A stretch of DNA of 40,338 nucleotides from IMG/VR virus record IMGVR_UViG_3300044580_000288, positions 1 through 40,338 of that record. The stretch is one strand, 5' to 3'. The notes under the pieces were generated by a model, which worked only from the letters and a program-made list of their open reading frames with translations, was not told the DNA's origin and did no database searches. A program made the translations under genes and the position numbers. Below, in pieces: positions 27,228-35,003 of the stretch (position 1 is its first letter; the number at the start of each line of letters is the position of its first letter). Source of the stretch: a virus. Taxonomy: Duplodnaviria; Caudoviricetes.

Positions 27228-28250
27228 ATGAAAACTTATAATAACCTTTGGAGCCAATTTATATCCTTTGAAAACCTCTACTTAGGATATCGTAGGGCAG
27301 CAAAATGCAAATACTATCGCCAAGAAGTGCTGAAATTTTCTAAAGACTTGGAAGAAAATTTAATTGAGCTTCAAAACGAGCTTATTTGGTCAATGTACCA
27401 ACCATCAGAGCCGAGACTTTTCTATGTTTATGAACCCAAAAAGAGATTGATCTCTGCCCCGGCGTTCAAGGACAGAATAGTTCATCATGCGCTTTGCGCG
27501 GTGATAGAACCACTGATTGATAAAAAGTTTATTTATGACACTTACGCATGCAGAAAAGAAAAGGGCACTCTCGCGGCTGTTCAAAGAGTCCAGCACTTCA
27601 CAAGGTTAGCAAAGCGAAATTATGGTTCCTATTATGTTTTCAAGGGTGATATTCATTCATTTTTCCCTTCCATAAATCACGATATCCTGAAATCGCAGAT
27701 TCGGAGAACAATATGTGATAAAAAAATTATTTGGCTCATGGATACGATCATAGATTCTACAGGCGAAATCGGGCTTCCTATCGGTGCGCTTACCTCTCAG
27801 CTTTTCGCGAACCTAATGTTAAACCCTCTCGATCATCTTATCAAAGAAGAAATGGGAATCAAATATTACGTTAGATATATGGATGATATAACCCTGATTC
27901 TCAAATCCAAAAAAGAAGCACAAAAAGTAAATAGAGAAATCACTAATTATGTCGAGCAAAAGCTCGGCCTCACTATGAATACGAAGTCGCAAATAATACG
28001 CGCCTCCCAAGGCATTCCATTCTGCGGTTTTAGGATATGGCCGACGCATATTTTGCCAAATAAGCCGACGTTGCGACGCGGCAAAAGAAGATTGAAAAAA
28101 CTAGCTTATCTACATAATAAAGGATTTATATCGCTTGATGCATTTAGGGCTTCCCTTATGTCTTTTCTTGGCCACTATAAATATTGCAATTCTCGCCGAT
28201 CCATCGAATCGGCTTTAGATAGAATCGTCTTAACAGGAGAACGAAAATGA
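27228..28250 (+). CDS. DGR reverse transcriptase
   Basis: MKTYNNLW start; 'PKKRLISAPAFKDRIVHHA', 'KGDIHSFFPSI', DGR-type 'GLPIGALTSQLFAN', catalytic 'YVRYMDD'. Confidence 0.96.
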   Translation: MKTYNNLWSQFISFENLYLGYRRAAKCKYYRQEVLKFSKDLEENLIELQNELIWSMYQPSEPRLFYVYEPKKRLISAPAFKDRIVHHALCAVIEPLIDKKFIYDTYACRKEKGTLAAVQRVQHFTRLAKRNYGSYYVFKGDIHSFFPSINHDILKSQIRRTICDKKIIWLMDTIIDSTGEIGLPIGALTSQLFANLMLNPLDHLIKEEMGIKYYVRYMDDITLILKSKKEAQKVNREITNYVEQKLGLTMNTKSQIIRASQGIPFCGFRIWPTHILPNKPTLRRGKRRLKKLAYLHNKGFISLDAFRASLMSFLGHYKYCNSRRSIESALDRIVLTGERK

Positions 28251-28489
28251 CTGAACAAGAAGCACGAGAAGCAAGAAATGAGGCTCTTGCCGCAACTGAT
28301 TATCTCATGATGCCAGACTATTCATTGACTCCAGCAGGGAAAATGGTTTTGGCCATCTATCGGCAAAAACTTAGGGATTGGCCAGAAACTGAAGGCTTCC
28401 CTGATCCAACAACAATGCCAGAACCAGAAGACTGGAAGAAGTACAAAGCACAAGAACGGATTGGTGAGCCGCTAATGCTAATAGAGTAA
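28247..28489 (+). CDS. Phage tail (fibre) assembly chaperone
   Basis: 'RNEALAATDYLMMPDY...YRQKLRDWPETEGFP...PEP' matches the tail assembly chaperone motif. Confidence 0.85.
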   Translation: MTEQEAREARNEALAATDYLMMPDYSLTPAGKMVLAIYRQKLRDWPETEGFPDPTTMPEPEDWKKYKAQERIGEPLMLIE

Positions 28490-28509
28490 TCACCAAAAAG
28501 AAATAGAAA

Positions 28510-28887
28510 ATGAGCCACCTAGGATACGATATTTTGACCATTGCGCTTACAACGCTTATTCCACTTTTGATCTTTGCCTTTCCCAAAGCCTATCAAAAAG
28601 CAAAACTACGCCGAGATAAAAAGGAAGCACAAGACAAAGAGCAAGATGATAATTTACAGCTAATTGCAACAACCGTGAGAGAAATATCAGGCGACATGCA
28701 GTGTCTCTTTGAAATCCAAAGATTGCATACCGAAATAAGCGAAGACATGGTCATCGCATTGAAAAAACTTGGCGCAAACGGCAATACCGATAGCGCAATG
28801 TCGAAAATAAATGAACTGCGAAAGATTTACGATGGGAGGCTTATTTCAAAGATTGGCTGCAAGGACAAAATCAATGAATCCAGTTAA
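28510..28887 (+). CDS. Single-TM membrane protein of the lysis cassette (holin/antiholin-like)
   Basis: N-terminal TM 'ILTIALTTLIPLLIFAF' followed by a coiled coil; upstream of the endolysin. Confidence 0.55.
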   Translation: MSHLGYDILTIALTTLIPLLIFAFPKAYQKAKLRRDKKEAQDKEQDDNLQLIATTVREISGDMQCLFEIQRLHTEISEDMVIALKKLGANGNTDSAMSKINELRKIYDGRLISKIGCKDKINESS

Positions 28888-29470
28888 AAACGGGGTCATC
28901 ACTACCCCATTCGATGAGCCACGGCCGCTATCACTACCCCCAGAGAAACGCTGGCATATCCATGGGGCAATCGATATATCCCGTGGTAATGGTGTTGTAG
29001 TGGCACCAGTCGCAGGTATGGCGCAAGGCTGGGTTTTCTTTCGGGGAATTGAGCCAGGAACCCAAGGTCATACGTGGGGATCAAAAGTAGAGAAGAAAGA
29101 TATATTAGAGATCCCTTGGCGGGAATATTGGTTTGAGATTTACGGTGGAATAATTACACTTATTGAGGACGTGACCCACAGGTTGCACATCTTTTGCCAT
29201 TTTTGGCCGTCACGAATTCTCAATCATGATCCAGAGTTTGGCGGGCCATTCCATTCGCTCTATTATATCGAAGAGCAGCAGGTGACACGCTGGCCATCGC
29301 ACATACTTTTAACTAATGAGGCGTATGTCATGCAAGGTCAGAGGCTCGCTCCGATCGGTAATGCAGGGCAGTCGACAGGCCCACATGTACACTGGGAAAT
29401 ACATCATCAAGCTGAAAAACTTGATGAATATTCAAAGCGAGTAAATCCCATGGAGTATATCAATGGATAA
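28874..29470 (+). CDS. Endolysin, M23 family metallopeptidase
   Basis: HxxxD (HGAID) and HxH (GNAGQSTGPHVHWEI) motifs; start MNPVKNG after AAGGA. Confidence 0.9.
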   Translation: MNPVKNGVITTPFDEPRPLSLPPEKRWHIHGAIDISRGNGVVVAPVAGMAQGWVFFRGIEPGTQGHTWGSKVEKKDILEIPWREYWFEIYGGIITLIEDVTHRLHIFCHFWPSRILNHDPEFGGPFHSLYYIEEQQVTRWPSHILLTNEAYVMQGQRLAPIGNAGQSTGPHVHWEIHHQAEKLDEYSKRVNPMEYING

Positions 29471-29765
29471 TATGGAGAAAGCTAAAAGGCCTGGCTTCTT
29501 TCAGGAATCAGACGGTTCTTTCTCTTATCGCCGCCTACAGGGATTCATCTATGGTATTTATGCGCTAGGTCTCTATCTCATCGCGGCGATTCATAATACG
29601 CAATGGGCATTCTGGGCGGGCGTCGCGTGTACAGCGGCCTCTATAGTATATCCAATACTCACCACAGCAGAAGAAATTAAAGAAGTAGCCGCAGCAGCGG
29701 CAGGGATTGTGAATCATAACGATAGTCATGATGCCTATAATCGAAGCACAGGAGAGGTGAAATGA
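29463..29765 (+). CDS. Holin-like two-TM protein
   Basis: 'FFQESDGSFSYRRL' followed by two hydrophobic helices; directly after the endolysin. Confidence 0.65.
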   Translation: MDNMEKAKRPGFFQESDGSFSYRRLQGFIYGIYALGLYLIAAIHNTQWAFWAGVACTAASIVYPILTTAEEIKEVAAAAAGIVNHNDSHDAYNRSTGEVK

Positions 29766-30370
29766 GATGGAAAAAACTATTCGTAATTATTTTATTGTCG
29801 GCATTATCTGTGTCTTTGTGGGCTCAGGAATTACCACAGCCATCGCTGGAAGACAGTTACGTGCTCTCAGAGAGTCAGAAAAATCAGTTGTTAGCTCTCT
29901 TGCAGAGCTTGAGCGACAAAGTAAAGAGTTTGCAGCTGGACTTGCAACAGTCAGAACAAAACTTGATAGCTGCACAAGCGCAGTTACAGCTGTCCAAGGA
30001 TCAGTACAACAGCTTGATGGAAAGATACAAAACCTTGGAACAGTCGTGGGAGCAATTAAGTCAGACATTGGACAAGTTACAGCAAGACAGTCAGATTTTA
30101 GCGCAGAGTTATCAAGATTTAGTGTCGCAATATCAGGACTTGGTCAGTCAATTTATGACCTTGCAGAACCAATTTCTGCAGCTACAGCAGGAGTACAGCA
30201 CGCTTCTGGCGAGTTATCAGGAGCAGACGAAATCATTAACACAGTTACAGGAATCATTCAGGGATTACCAAGCGCGGGTCAGGGCGGCACAAAATAGAAG
30301 TGTTGTATTCGAGATAGCAACAATTTTACTCGCGGCGGGCTGGGGACTGGACGCGCTGGGTATCTTTTAG
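29762..30370 (+). CDS. Signal-peptide coiled-coil protein with C-terminal hydrophobic anchor (spanin-like)
   Basis: MRWKKLFVIILLSALSVSLWA|Q; long Q/L heptads; C-terminal 'VVFEIATILLAAGWGL'; GAGGTG RBS. Confidence 0.65.
   Translation: MRWKKLFVIILLSALSVSLWAQELPQPSLEDSYVLSESQKNQLLALLQSLSDKVKSLQLDLQQSEQNLIAAQAQLQLSKDQYNSLMERYKTLEQSWEQLSQTLDKLQQDSQILAQSYQDLVSQYQDLVSQFMTLQNQFLQLQQEYSTLLASYQEQTKSLTQLQESFRDYQARVRAAQNRSVVFEIATILLAAGWGLDALGIF
29767..30297 (+). CDS. Embedded out-of-frame protein with N-terminal TM and coiled coil (i-spanin-like)
   Basis: 176-aa stop-free ORF fully inside 29762-30370; TM 'YFIVGIICVFVGSGITTAIA' then heptads. Confidence 0.55.
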   Translation: MEKTIRNYFIVGIICVFVGSGITTAIAGRQLRALRESEKSVVSSLAELERQSKEFAAGLATVRTKLDSCTSAVTAVQGSVQQLDGKIQNLGTVVGAIKSDIGQVTARQSDFSAELSRFSVAISGLGQSIYDLAEPISAATAGVQHASGELSGADEIINTVTGIIQGLPSAGQGGTK

Positions 30371-30375
30371 CCAAT

Positions 30376-30783
30376 TTATCTACCGTGCACAAATGAATTC
30401 CATTCAGCCCAAGGATCGTTGAGAAAATGCTGCATAGCGGTTTCATCGCCGTATATTTTACGCGCCTTTGAAAGGCGGATAAGTTTTGATAATCTTCCAG
30501 AAAGGCTAACCCCTTCGAGAATATCTTTATTATCCATATAACCACGTGCAATTGATCGTCGAGTAGAAATGGTCTGCTTCGGTATCCCAAGTTTTGCCAA
30601 GTTTTGCATTCGATATTCGCGTAAATTATTGAGCCCTGATTGCTTCCAGAGGCCTCCTTCTTCTATCCGCAGGATCGTGAGGCCAAATGCTAAAGCTATC
30701 TGATTATAAGCATGCTCTAGGTCAACAAGCCCATCCTCTAACTCGCGAAGGTCATCGGATGATCCGAACGAAAATATATCCAT
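30376..30783 (-). CDS. Hypothetical helical protein downstream of the integrase
   Basis: 135-aa ORF with GAGG RBS, co-oriented with int. Confidence 0.7.
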   Translation of the reverse strand: MDIFSFGSSDDLRELEDGLVDLEHAYNQIALAFGLTILRIEEGGLWKQSGLNNLREYRMQNLAKLGIPKQTISTRRSIARGYMDNKDILEGVSLSGRLSKLIRLSKARKIYGDETAMQHFLNDPWAEWNSFVHGR

Positions 30784-30812
30784 GTGCTGCCTCTTACGTG
30801 ATATCCCCCTCT

Positions 30813-31928
30813 TTATTCCCCTTTTATTTCCAACGAATCGTCGTCAAATATTCTATCGATAAGCTCACTTTGTGGCCTGTAGTCGTATAGATCAGTATGT
30901 GTATAAATTTCCTGCACATCGTTATCTGACCAGCCGAACGAAGCCTGCAAGAGAGATCGGCTTTCCCCCATATTCAGAAGGAGTGTATTAAGCGAATGCC
31001 GTAGCGAATGTAGGGTTGCACCTTTTGCGCCAATCAAATCGGCGATTCGCTTGAATTCCTTAAGCCAACGCGAACCACCAAGTGGCAAGTCACGATAGCC
31101 AAACACAAATCCAGTGGCGCGGAGCGGCTCAATATCTCGCTGTAAAACTAATGGATAGGCGGTGATCCTTGGCTTGCCCCATTTTGGTTCTTTGATTGAT
31201 TCGACTCCAGCATCTCCAGGTATATTATGCCGAACAACAATAATGCGTTTCTCCGGGTATAAGTCTTCCCAAAGAAGGCCTCTTACTTCGCCTCTACGCA
31301 AACCGGTGAGTGCAGCACATTTTGTCGGCAGGTAATATCGCGAGCCATTCCAGATAGATGGATTAAGCAATAGTTTTACTTGCTCTGCGGTAAGCGCAAC
31401 GCGCCTCTTTTTCTGATATGCAATCTGACCAAGCCCAACGCAAGGATCGTGGTCAATAAGCCCATAATAGAATGCTTCATGGATAATCACATGGAGTGTA
31501 GACCATACTGTCTGCGCTACCCTACGCTGGCCAATTCGTGCAACAAGCCTGGAGCGAAATGCCAATAAATGGCTTTTACGGAGATTGAACAATTGCATTG
31601 CGCAGATCGGATCGTTGCAAATGTATTTCTCCCAAGCTCGCCTGGAATTATTTATATACTTATCAGAGATATGTTTCCCTGCAATATTGAGTCGAGTGAG
31701 ATGCGGGCAGCCGTCCTTAAAGAATCGGCCTCCCCATTCTCCAAGCGACATAGGCGGAAAATCCGATAGCTCAGCGAGACGTGCTGCTTCTCGAGATGCT
31801 ACTTTTTCAGCAGCTTGCCTATTTGATTGCTTTGTACTTTGAGAATTCTTGATTTCTCCAGTGATTGGATCGCGATATTCGGCGTACCAAATTCGCCCGC
31901 GACGGTGCAAATAATAAGTCTTTCTCAT
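30813..31928 (-). CDS. int: Tyrosine integrase
   Basis: R (TGLRRGE), K (PKWG), HxxR (LHSLRH), W in the H/W slot (FGW), Y (IYTH); N-terminal arm-binding strands 'YYLHRRGRIWYAEY'. The start could instead be GTG 31940. Confidence 0.93.
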   Translation of the reverse strand: MRKTYYLHRRGRIWYAEYRDPITGEIKNSQSTKQSNRQAAEKVASREAARLAELSDFPPMSLGEWGGRFFKDGCPHLTRLNIAGKHISDKYINNSRRAWEKYICNDPICAMQLFNLRKSHLLAFRSRLVARIGQRRVAQTVWSTLHVIIHEAFYYGLIDHDPCVGLGQIAYQKKRRVALTAEQVKLLLNPSIWNGSRYYLPTKCAALTGLRRGEVRGLLWEDLYPEKRIIVVRHNIPGDAGVESIKEPKWGKPRITAYPLVLQRDIEPLRATGFVFGYRDLPLGGSRWLKEFKRIADLIGAKGATLHSLRHSLNTLLLNMGESRSLLQASFGWSDNDVQEIYTHTDLYDYRPQSELIDRIFDDDSLEIKGE

Positions 31929-32179
31929 TTCTTTTCTCACACCTCGCTATTTTAATTGTTCATTAAATTATTAAATCTTTATGCTATAATTAATTCTTTA
32001 TGGGACCAGCGCGACTCGAACGCGCGACCTACTGCTTAGAAGCCTAAAAAGAACCTATTATAGTCTATTTTATTATAATGATTTATTTCATAATCTATTG
32101 TCATATAATGAGAAAACTGTCCTGAGCTTAACAGATGTTTATTAGGGTTTATTGACGGTTTTCTCATTTTTTTTCTCAT
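31921..32179. promoter_or_regulatory. attP region with putative integrase arm-type sites (TTTCTCA)
   Basis: TTTCTCA pairs at 31921/31933 and 32160/32172 (20-mers 18/20 identical), one inverted copy at 32109-32115, flanking the tRNA-like core. Confidence 0.75.
32001..32042 (-). other. attP core: 3' half of tRNA-Arg(TCT)
   Basis: Minus strand CTTCTAAGCAGTAGGTCGCGCGTTCGAGTCGCGCTGGTCCCA = anticodon loop (TCT), T-arm with TTCGA and acceptor 3' strand; the 5' half is absent. Confidence 0.9.
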
Positions 32180-32181
32180 TT

Positions 32182-32565
32182 CTATTTAATAAAAGGATAG
32201 CCTTCGGTAAACTTGAGAGTCTGGACAAATATATATGGAATAGAAGAACCTGAATTATCAGGGTCCTCAAAAAACATATCCATGATTGAGAAAAATAATT
32301 GCCAATATGATTTTTCTAATGACAATGTACCATATACGAGCTTTTCAACTATCTTATTCATTTCTTTTTCTTGACCAATTGAAACTATATATCCTCCAAC
32401 CTTTGAGCTAAAAAAATCAGAAGCATCCCAAAGCGTATAAAGCATTAAAACCGAAGTAGACTTCTTTTGCTCAAAGCTCATTGAATTCCATATTTCTTTA
32501 TTAGTTTGAGCAAATAAGGAAAAAGGAATCATTAACAAGCAGATTATTATTGCAATCTTTTTCAT
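32182..32565 (-). CDS. Exported protein co-oriented with the repressor (lysogenic conversion / superinfection exclusion candidate)
   Basis: Signal peptide MKKIAIIICLLMIPFSLFA|Q; AGGAGG RBS; AT-rich. Confidence 0.7.
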   Translation of the reverse strand: MKKIAIIICLLMIPFSLFAQTNKEIWNSMSFEQKKSTSVLMLYTLWDASDFFSSKVGGYIVSIGQEKEMNKIVEKLVYGTLSLEKSYWQLFFSIMDMFFEDPDNSGSSIPYIFVQTLKFTEGYPFIK

Positions 32566-32619
32566 TTAACCCTCCTATTCATTATTCTAATCTCATCCAG
32601 GAATATTATATTCTGTAGC

Positions 32620-32997
32620 TTATGCGATAGCCTCTCCTTGTCCGCTAGCTCTCCCTGATGCTGCGCTTTTATGCTTATCTCTTTCTGCCAATGAAATTGC
32701 TAGGTTAGCAACAATAGCTAGATCTTCATCTGAAAGAGAATTCAATACTTCTAAAACATCAATCAGGCGCTGCGGCGCATATCTAAATTCAAAATTCTCA
32801 TCTGTAAACCATTCGACTGGCTTATTTAGAACCTTGGCTACTCTTGCAAATTCAACAACATTAGGCCGGGAGCCTCTGCTTCCCACCCAACCTTCCAGTG
32901 TCCTGCGGTTTACTCCAGCCATAGAAGCAACCTCTTTTACCAGCAGACCCTTCTCTGCAATAGCTTCTCGCAAACGAGAACGCACTAAATCGTCCAT
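32620..32997 (-). CDS. XRE/CI-like HTH repressor without peptidase domain
   Basis: 'LLVKEVASMAGVNRRTLEGW...RPNVVEFARVAKVLNKPVEWF' HTH; divergent from the lytic early genes. Confidence 0.88.
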   Translation of the reverse strand: MDDLVRSRLREAIAEKGLLVKEVASMAGVNRRTLEGWVGSRGSRPNVVEFARVAKVLNKPVEWFTDENFEFRYAPQRLIDVLEVLNSLSDEDLAIVANLAISLAERDKHKSAASGRASGQGEAIA

Positions 32998-33003
32998 GTT
33001 CTA

Positions 33004-33090
33004 ATTATATACGAAAATTTACGCATTAGGGGACTTGACAAATACGTAAATTGAAGTATTATGACATTAAGGAGTACGTCAAATGCCTAA
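33004..33090. promoter_or_regulatory. Lysis/lysogeny switch: divergent promoters and operators
   Basis: Rightward TTGACA(33035)-16 bp-TATTAT(33057); leftward TATAAT (33009-33004); operators 33010-33025 and 33043-33058 each match the palindrome TACGTAAATTTACGTA at 14/16; weaker site at 33075. Confidence 0.8.
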
Positions 33091-33262
33091 GAAAGGAAAA
33101 TCCTATACGAGGAAAAGAGTGGAAGTAGATTTTAAGTCTTTTGAGGAAAGGGAAGCCTTTGAGAAATGGCTAAAGGAGACTGGGCGCAAGGCGGGCCCTT
33201 ATGTTTTTTCTCTTATAAAAAAGGATATGAATAATGAAAGACAGCCCTTGGCTAACTCCTAA
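33083..33262 (+). CDS. Small ribbon-helix-helix-like regulator in the Cro position (59 aa; not in ORF track)
   Basis: AAGGAG RBS; MPKKGKSYTRKRVEVDFKSFEEREAFEKWLKETGRKAGPYVFSLIKKDM... shows a strand-helix-helix pattern. Confidence 0.7.
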   Translation: MPKKGKSYTRKRVEVDFKSFEEREAFEKWLKETGRKAGPYVFSLIKKDMNNERQPLANS

Positions 33263-33419
33263 AGAAGCAGCTGATTATTTAAAACTTTCAAGGTCTTATA
33301 TCTACAATCTTATCTCTGCCCGCGAAATCACAAGCTACAAGATCAATAATGCGGTACGCCTCAGTATCAAAGACTTAGAGAATTATATGCGCAGGAAAGA
33401 AAGGCCTGCAATAAATTGA
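33234..33419 (+). CDS. xis: Excisionase-like HTH protein
   Basis: 'WLTPKEAADYLKLSRSYIYNLI...I.SYKI...VRL...DLE' is the HTH_17/Xis pattern. Confidence 0.85.
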   Translation: MKDSPWLTPKEAADYLKLSRSYIYNLISAREITSYKINNAVRLSIKDLENYMRRKERPAIN

Positions 33420-33430
33420 GGAGGAAGTAT

Positions 33431-34312
33431 ATGGATGTGGAAATGGAAAGGAAAGAATTGGCTCTCACACAGACTGATGAGATGGCCAAGCAGTTTGATT
33501 TAGTGCAGAGAAAGGCGAAGCTTTATACTGCCAGTGAGCTCGTTCCTACGATCTATCGTGGTGGCACAGCGACAGCGATCGCAAACTGCGTGATCGCGCT
33601 CAATATTGCCCAAAGAATAGGGGCAGATGAGCTCATGGTCATGCAGAATTTGTACGTCATAAATGGCAGACCATCATGGTCGAGCCAGTTTGTGATATCG
33701 GCACTGAATTCTTGTCGGCGTTTTAGCCCCTTAAAATTCGAGATGAAAGAATTGGGGCCTAAAAATGTGAAAGGAATTCAGATCAATGATAAAGAATGCA
33801 GAGCGACAGCAATTGATTTATCAACAAACGAAAAGCTCATGGGCCCAAGAGTTTCCATTGAAATGGCTGTTCTTGAGGGATGGTATCAAAAGAGTGGCTC
33901 GAAATGGCAAACAATGCCTGACTTAATGCTTTGCTATCGTGCAGCAGCATTCTTTGGTCGCCTCTATGCGCCTGAACTTTTGAATGGACTAGGCACTAAA
34001 GAGGAAGCCGAGGATTTGATCTCTGTCGGAAAGACAATTGTTCCAGAAGACCATGTAAATCTTGCCGAGGCATCACAAGAACAGCCTCCTATGAGTAACT
34101 CATCATCTATGAATAACTCATCACCCGAAACTAAATCTGAAATATCTGCTGGAGAGATTTGGTCAAAACTTATAGATCTTGCCCATAATGCCAGTATATC
34201 GGAAACAGCAAAAGCAGAAATAAAGAAAGCTAGCGAGGCAGGTCTTCAGGATGTTGAGAAATTGCAAGAACTTCTCAACAAGGTTCAAGATTCAGTGCTT
34301 GAGATTTTTTAA
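33431..34312 (+). CDS. RecT-like single-strand annealing protein
   Basis: 'ANCVIALNIAQRIG...VMQNLYVINGRPSWSS', 'SKWQTMPDLMLCYRAAAFFGR'; GGAGG RBS. Confidence 0.8.
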   Translation: MDVEMERKELALTQTDEMAKQFDLVQRKAKLYTASELVPTIYRGGTATAIANCVIALNIAQRIGADELMVMQNLYVINGRPSWSSQFVISALNSCRRFSPLKFEMKELGPKNVKGIQINDKECRATAIDLSTNEKLMGPRVSIEMAVLEGWYQKSGSKWQTMPDLMLCYRAAAFFGRLYAPELLNGLGTKEEAEDLISVGKTIVPEDHVNLAEASQEQPPMSNSSSMNNSSPETKSEISAGEIWSKLIDLAHNASISETAKAEIKKASEAGLQDVEKLQELLNKVQDSVLEIF

Positions 34313-34322
34313 GGAGACAAAA

Positions 34323-35003
34323 ATGGAGATGCAGATTCCTATAGAGAAAGAAATTGAAACACAGGCGATTGCATTAAGGTCTGAAGCCTTGGCATTTCAG
34401 GTAGTAGATCAACAAAGCTATTCTCTTGCCAATGAATTTGGCAAGCGGATAAAGGCTGCGATGAAGCAGATAGATGACTATTGCGATCCAGTCATAGAAG
34501 CAGCCCATCAAGCACATAAAAAAGCGGTAGAACAAAAAAAGAAGTTTTATGCGCCATTTGAAGAGGCGAAGAAAATAATTGATGAAAAACAGATTGCATG
34601 GTGGAAGGCGGAACAAGAAAGGATAGCAATAGAGAAAAGGAAAGCTGAAGAAGAAGCGAGAAAGAAAGCTGAAGAAGAGCGTCTTAGACAGGCGCAAGAA
34701 TTGCAAGATGCAGGACTTACCGAGGCCGCACAAGAAGCGTTGGAACAACCAATAGTAATTGAAAAAGTTGCTATTGATGAGCCTATAAAAGCAGGTGGTG
34801 AGAGCTATCGCGAATCATGGAGTGCAGAGGTTGTCGATATTATGGCGCTAGTGAAAGCGGTAGCAAATGGAAGTCAGCCAATCGCTTATCTTCAGCCGAA
34901 TATGACCGCGCTTAATAGCGCAGCACGTACTTTCAAAGGCACTGTGCAAATTCCTGGGGTAAAAATAGTTTCATCTACAATACTGGCAAGGCGGCTAGCA
35001 TGA
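34323..35003 (+). CDS. Coiled-coil recombination-module protein
   Basis: AAGGAG RBS; helical E/K-rich body with C-terminal 'IPGVKI'. Confidence 0.7.
   Translation: MEMQIPIEKEIETQAIALRSEALAFQVVDQQSYSLANEFGKRIKAAMKQIDDYCDPVIEAAHQAHKKAVEQKKKFYAPFEEAKKIIDEKQIAWWKAEQERIAIEKRKAEEEARKKAEEERLRQAQELQDAGLTEAAQEALEQPIVIEKVAIDEPIKAGGESYRESWSAEVVDIMALVKAVANGSQPIAYLQPNMTALNSAARTFKGTVQIPGVKIVSSTILARRLA

Larger units (their letters stand above)
26451..28250 (+). mobile_element. Diversity-generating retroelement cassette (VR-avd-TR-RT)
   Basis: All components present in the same order as the Bordetella phage BPP-1 DGR. Confidence 0.96.

Noticed and set aside
26963-27241. 92-aa ORF over the TR
   Set aside because: TR is open because it mirrors the VR frame; it functions as RNA template and has no clear RBS.
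27228-28250. Group II intron, retron or Abi-type RT
   Set aside because: Small size, SQ motif, adjacent avd and an adenine-specific TR/VR pair identify a DGR RT.
32001-32042. Functional phage tRNA gene
   Set aside because: The D-arm and 5' acceptor strand are missing; it is an att core.
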